A stretch of 64,000 bases of DNA from Auanema rhodensis (Eukaryota; Animalia; Nematoda). The notes under the pieces were generated by a model. That model saw nothing but the letters and a program-made list of their open reading frames with translations, was not told the DNA's origin and did no database searches. Where the stretch lies: NCBI GenBank assembly GCA_964057225.1, contig CAXKVF010000076.1, forward strand, positions 496,001 to 560,000. The letters run 5' to 3'. The number at the start of each line of letters is the position of its first letter. The stretch's first letter is position 1. Below, one piece after another: positions 58,401 through 64,000 of the stretch. Made by a program: the position numbers and the translations under genes.

Positions 58401-61400
58401 ATACCAAGTGCACATCACGTGTACATTTAATTAGCATAAATTAAAGTTCACGTAAATTTCAAAGTCATGGTTACCATGAACCAATATCAATAAAAATTTG
58501 TTTTTAGACTAATATGGACATGGGGAATCTAATTTTGAAAACCGCATCTCTTTATCTTCCACGTGAAGCGAGTTAAATACCAAGTGCACATCACGTGTAC
58601 ATTTAATTAGCATAAATTAAAGTTCACGTAAATTTCAAAGTCATGGTTACCATGAACCAATATCAATAAAAATTTGTTTTTAGACTAATATGGACATGGG
58701 GAATCTAATTTTGAAAACCGCATCTCTTTATCTTCCACGTGAAGCGAGTTACATACCAAGTGCACATCACGTGTACATTTAATTAGCATAAATTAAAGTT
58801 CACGTAAATTTCAAAGTCATGGTTACCATGAACCAATATCAATAAAAATTTGTTTTTAGACTAATATGGACATGGGGAATCAAAGTTTGAAAACCGCATC
58901 TCTTTATCTTTCACGTGAAGCGAGTTACATACCAAGTGCACATCACGTGTACATTTAATTAGCATAAATTAAAGTTCACGTAAATTTCAAAGTCACGGTT
59001 ACCATGAACCAATATCAATAAAAATTTGTTTTTAGACTAATATGGACATGGGGAATCTAATTTTGAAAACCGCATCACTTTATCTTTCACGTGAAGCGAG
59101 TTACATACCAAGTGCACATCACGTGTACATTTAATTAGCATAAATTAAAGTTCACGTAAATTTCAAAGTCATGGTTACCATGCACCAATATCAATAAAAA
59201 TTTGTTTTTAGACTAATATGGACATGGGGAATCTAATTTTGAAAACCGCATCTCTTTATCTTTCACGTGAAGCGAGTTACATACCAAGTGCACATCACGT
59301 GTACATTTAATTAGCATAAATTAAAGTTCACGTAAATTTCAAAGTCATGGTTACCATGCACCAATATCAATAAAAATCTGTTTTTAGACTAATATGGACA
59401 TGGGGAATCTAATTTTGAAAACCGCATCTCTTTATCTTTCACGTGAAGCGAGTTACATACCAAGTGCACATCACGTGTACATTTAATTAGCATAAATTAA
59501 AGTTCACGTAAATTTCAAAGTCATGGTTACCATGCACCAATATCAATAAAAATTTGTTTTTAGACTAATATGGACATGGGGAATCTAATTTTGAAAACCG
59601 CATCTCTTTATCTTTCACGTGAAGCGAGTTACATATCAAGTGCACATCACGTGTACATTTAATTAGCATAAATTAAAGTTCACGTAAATTTCAAAGTCAT
59701 GGTTACCATTAACCAATATCAATAAAAATTTGTTTTTAGACTAATATGGACATGGGGAATCTAATTTTGAAAACCGCATCTCTTTATCTTTCAAGTGAAG
59801 CGAGTTACATACCAAGTGCACATCACGTGTACATTTAATTAGCATAAATTAAAGTTCACGTAAATTTCAAAGTCATGGTTACCATGCACCAATATCAATA
59901 AAAATTTGTTTTTAGACTAATATGGACATGAGGAATCTAATTTTGAAAACCGCATCTCTTTATCTTTCACGTGAAGCGAGTTACATACCAAGTGCACATC
60001 ACGTGTACATTTAATTAGCATAAATTAAAGTTCACGTAAATTTCAAAGTCATGGTTACCATGCACCAATATCAATAAAAATTTGTTTTTAGACTAATATG
60101 GACATGGGGAATCTAATTTTGAAAACCGCATCTCTTTATATTTCACGTGAAGCGAGTTACATACCAAGTGCACATCACGTGTACATTTAATTAGCATAAA
60201 TTAAAGTTCACGTAAATTTCAAAGTCATGGTTACCATGAACCAATATCAATAAAAATTTGTTTTTAGACTAATATGGACATGGGGAATCTAATTTTGAAA
60301 ACCGCATCTCTTTATCTTTCACGTGAAGCGAGTTACATACCAAGTGCACATCACGTGTACATTTAATTAGCATAAATTAAAGTTCACGTAAATTTCAAAG
60401 TCATGGTTACCATGCACCAATATCAATAAAAATTTGTTTTTAGACTAATATGGACATGGGGAATCTAATTTTGAAAACCGCATCTCTTTATCTTCCACGT
60501 GAAGCGAGTTACATACCAAGTGCACATCACGTGTACATTTAATTAGCATAAATTAAAGTTCACGTAAATTTCAAAGTCATGGTTACCATGCACCAATATC
60601 AATAAACATTTGTTTTTAGACTAATATGTACATGGGGAATCTAATTTTGAAAACCGCATCTCTTTATCTTTCACGTGAAGCGAGTTACATACCAAGTGCA
60701 CATCACGTGTACATTTAATTAGCATAAATTAAAGTTCACGTAAATTTCAAAGTCATGGTTACCATGCACCAATATCAATAAAAATTTGTTTTTAGACTAA
60801 TATGGACATGGGGAATCTAATTTTGAAAACCGCATCTCTTTATCTTTCACGTGAAGCGAGTTACATATCAAGTGCACATCACGTGTACATTTAATTAGCA
60901 TAAATTAAAGTTCACGTAAATTTCAAAGTCATGGTTACCATTAACCAATATCAATAAAAATTTGTTTTTAGACTAATATGGACATGGGGAATCTAATTTT
61001 GAAAACCGCATCTCTTTATCTTTCACGTGAAGCGAGTTACATATCAAGTGCACATCACGTGTACATTTAATTAGCATAAATTAAAGTTCACGTAAATTTC
61101 AAAGTCATGGTTACCATGAACCAATATCAATAAAAATTTGTTTTTAGACTAATATGGACATGGGGAATCTAATTTTGAAAACCGCATCTCTTTATCTTTC
61201 ACGTGAAGCGAGTTACATACCAAGTGCACATCACGTGTACATTTAATTAGCATAAATTAAAGTTCACGTAAATTTCAAAGTCATGGTTACCATGAACCAA
61301 TATCAATAAAAATTTGTTTTTAGACTAATATGGACATGGGGAATCTAATTTTGAAAACCGCATCTCTTTATCTTTCACGTGAAGCGAGTTACATACCAAG

Positions 61401-62126
61401 TGCACATCACGTGTACATTTAATTAGCATAAATTAAAGTTCACGTAAATTTCAAAGTCATGGTTACCATGCACCAATATCAATAAAAATTTGTTTTTAGA
61501 CTAATATGGACATGGGGAATCTAATTTTGAAAACCGCATCTCTTTATCTTTCACGTGAAGCGAGTTACATACCAAGTGCACATCACGTGTACATTTAATT
61601 AGCATAAATTAAAGTTCACGTAAATTTCAAAGTCATGGTTACCATGCACCAATATCAATAAAAATTTGTTTTTAGACTAATATGGACATGGGGAATCTAA
61701 TTTTGAAAACCGCATCTCTTTATCTTCCACGTGAAGCGAGTTACATACCAAGTGCACATCACGTGTACATTTAATTAGCATAAATTAAAGTTCACGTAAA
61801 TTTCAAAGTCATGGTTACCATGCACCAATATCAATAAAAATTTGTTTTTAGACTAATATGTACATGGGGAATCTAATTTTGAAAACCGCATCTCTTTATC
61901 TTTCACGTGAAGCGAGTTACATACCAAGTGCACATCACGTGTACATTTAATTAGCATAAATTAAAGTTCACGTAAATTTCAGAGTCATGGTTACCATGAA
62001 CTAATATCAATAAAAATTTGTTTTTAGACTAATATGGACATGGGGAATCTAATTTTGAAAACCGCATCTCTTTATCTTTCACGTGAAGCGAGTTACATAC
62101 CAAGTGCACATCACGTGTACATTTAA

Positions 62127-64000
62127 TTAGCATAAATTAAAGTTCACGTAAATTTCAAAGTCGTGGTTACCATGCACCAATATCAATAAAAATTCGTTTT
62201 TAGACTAATATGGACATGGGAAATCTAACTTTGAAAACCGCATCTCTTTATCTTTCACGTGAAGCGAGTTACATACCAAGTGCACATCACGTGTACATTT
62301 AATTAGCATAAATTAAAGTTCACGTAAATTTCAAAGTCATGGTTACCATGCACCAATATCAATAAAAATTTGTTTTTAGACTAATATGGACATGAGGAAT
62401 CTAATTTTGAAAACCGCATCTCTTTATCTTTCACGTGAAGCGAGTTACATACCAAGTGCACATCACGTGTACATTTAATTAGCATAAATTAAAGTTCACG
62501 TAAATTTCAAAGTCATGGTTACCATGCACCAATATCAATAAAAATTTGTTTTTAGACTAATATGGACATGGGGAATAAATTTTGAAAACCGCATCTCTTT
62601 ATCTTTCACGTGAAGCGAGTTACATACCAAGTGCACATCACGTGTACATTTAATTAGCATAAATTAAAGTTCACGTAAATTTCAAAGTCATGGTTACCAT
62701 GCACCAATATCAATAAAAATTTGTTTTTAGACTAATATGGACATGGGGAATCTAATTTTGAAAACCGCATCTCTTTATCTTTCACGTGAAGCGAGTTACA
62801 TACCAAGTGCACATCACGTGTACATTTAATTAGCATAAATTAAAGTTCACGTAAATTTCAAAGTCATGGTTACCATGCACCAATATCAATAAAAATTTGT
62901 TTTTAGACTAATATGGACATGGGGAATCTAATTTTGAAAACCGCATCTCTTTATCTTTCACGTGAAGCGAGTTACATACCAAGTGCACATCACGTGTACA
63001 TTTAATTAGCATAAATTAAAGTTCACGTAAAGTTCAAAGTCGTGGTTACCATGCACCAATATCAATAAAAATTCGTTTTTAGACTAATATGGACATGGGA
63101 AATCTAACTTTGAAAACCGCATCTCTTTATCTTTCACGTGAAGCGAGTTACATACCAAGTGCACATCACGTGTACATTTAATTAGCATAAATTAAAGTTC
63201 ACGTAAATTTCAAAGTCATGGTTACCATGCACCAATATCAATAAAAATTTGTTTTTAGACTAATATGGACATGAGGAATCTAATTTTGAAAACCGCATCT
63301 CTTTATCTTTCACGTGAAGCGAGTTACATACCAAGTGCACATCACGTGTACATTTAATTAGCATAAATTAAAGTTCACGTAAATTTCAAAGTCATGGTTA
63401 CCATGCACCAATATCAATAAAAATTTGTTTTTAGACTAATATGGACATGGGGAATAAATTTTGAAAACCGCATCTCTTTATCTTTCACGTGAAGCGAGTT
63501 ACATACCAAGTGCACATCACGTGTACATTTAATTAGCATAAATTAAAGTTCACGTAAATTTCAAAGTCATGGTTACCATGCACCAATATCAATAAAAATT
63601 TGTTTTTAGACTAATATGGACATGGGGAATCTAATTTTGAAAACCGCATCTCTTTATCTTTCACGTGAAGCGAGTTACATACCAAGTGCACATCACGTGT
63701 ACATTTAATTAGCATAAATTAAAGTTCACGTAAATTTCAAAGTCATGGTTACCATGCACCAATATCAATAAAAATTTGTTTTTAGACTAATATGGACATG
63801 GGGAATCTAATTTTGAAAACCGCATCTCTTTATCTTTCACGTGAAGCGAGTTACATACCAAGTGCACATCACGTGTACATTTAATTAGCATAAATTAAAG
63901 TTCACGTAAATTTCAAAGTCGTGGTTACCATGCACCAATATCAATAAAAATTCGTTTTTAGACTAATATGGACATGGGGAATCTAACTTTGAAAACCGCA
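62127..64000. repeat. 5-mer higher-order repeat (879 bp), two full copies and the start of a third
   Basis: A37G+T69C+T103C monomers start at 62127, 63006 and 63885. 175-bp (T100A+delC99) monomers start at 62479 and 63358. Confidence 0.92.

Larger units (their letters stand above)
1..64000. repeat. 176-bp tandem satellite DNA array (about 363.7 monomers, single orientation); putative centromeric/heterochromatic satellite
   Basis: TTAGCATAAA recurs at 1, 177, 353 ... 881 ... 36961 ... 63885. The register matches 176-bp steps exactly once 8 one-base deletions and 2 two-base insertions are counted. The array runs off both window ends. Confidence 0.99.

Noticed and set aside
1-64000. CRISPR-like array (regular spacing, palindromic motifs)
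   Set aside because: There are no unique spacers and no cas genes; the entire 176 bp is repeated.
1-64000. Synthetic concatemer or rolling-circle sequencing artefact
   Set aside because: Linked SNP and indel haplotypes recur in nested, ordered blocks, as expected from array evolution rather than random read error.

Overview
The whole 64 kb window is one uninterrupted, head-to-tail tandem satellite array with a 176-bp monomer: 363 full copies plus a 116-bp partial copy at 63885-64000, all in one orientation. Consensus (numbered from window position 1): TTAGCATAAATTAAAGTTCACGTAAATTTCAAAGTCATGGTTACCATGCACCAATATCAATAAAAATTTGTTTTTAGACTAATATGGACATGGGGAATCTAATTTTGAAAACCGCATCTCTTTATCTTTCACGTGAAGCGAGTTACATACCAAGTGCACATCACGTGTACATTTAA (57/176 = 32% GC). 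Copies usually differ from consensus at 0-4 positions. I found no genes, RNA genes, transposons, CRISPR arrays or unique sequence, and the single 60-aa ORF is a one-SNP accident. The monomer size, AT richness and homogeneity fit a eukaryotic centromeric or heterochromatic satellite, but I cannot identify the family or organism, and centromere function is only inferred. The real information lies in the order of variant monomers. That order shows nested higher-order repeats (2-, 3-, 4-, 5-, 7-, 9-, 11-, 16- and 17-mers), two variant sub-domains, a chimeric monomer, and a collinear repetition of the variant order about 27-39 kb apart that suggests an eroded large-scale duplication. I see no evidence of a new protein-coding system. 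Variants were read by eye, so rare singletons may have been missed, and block boundaries are rounded to monomer starts.
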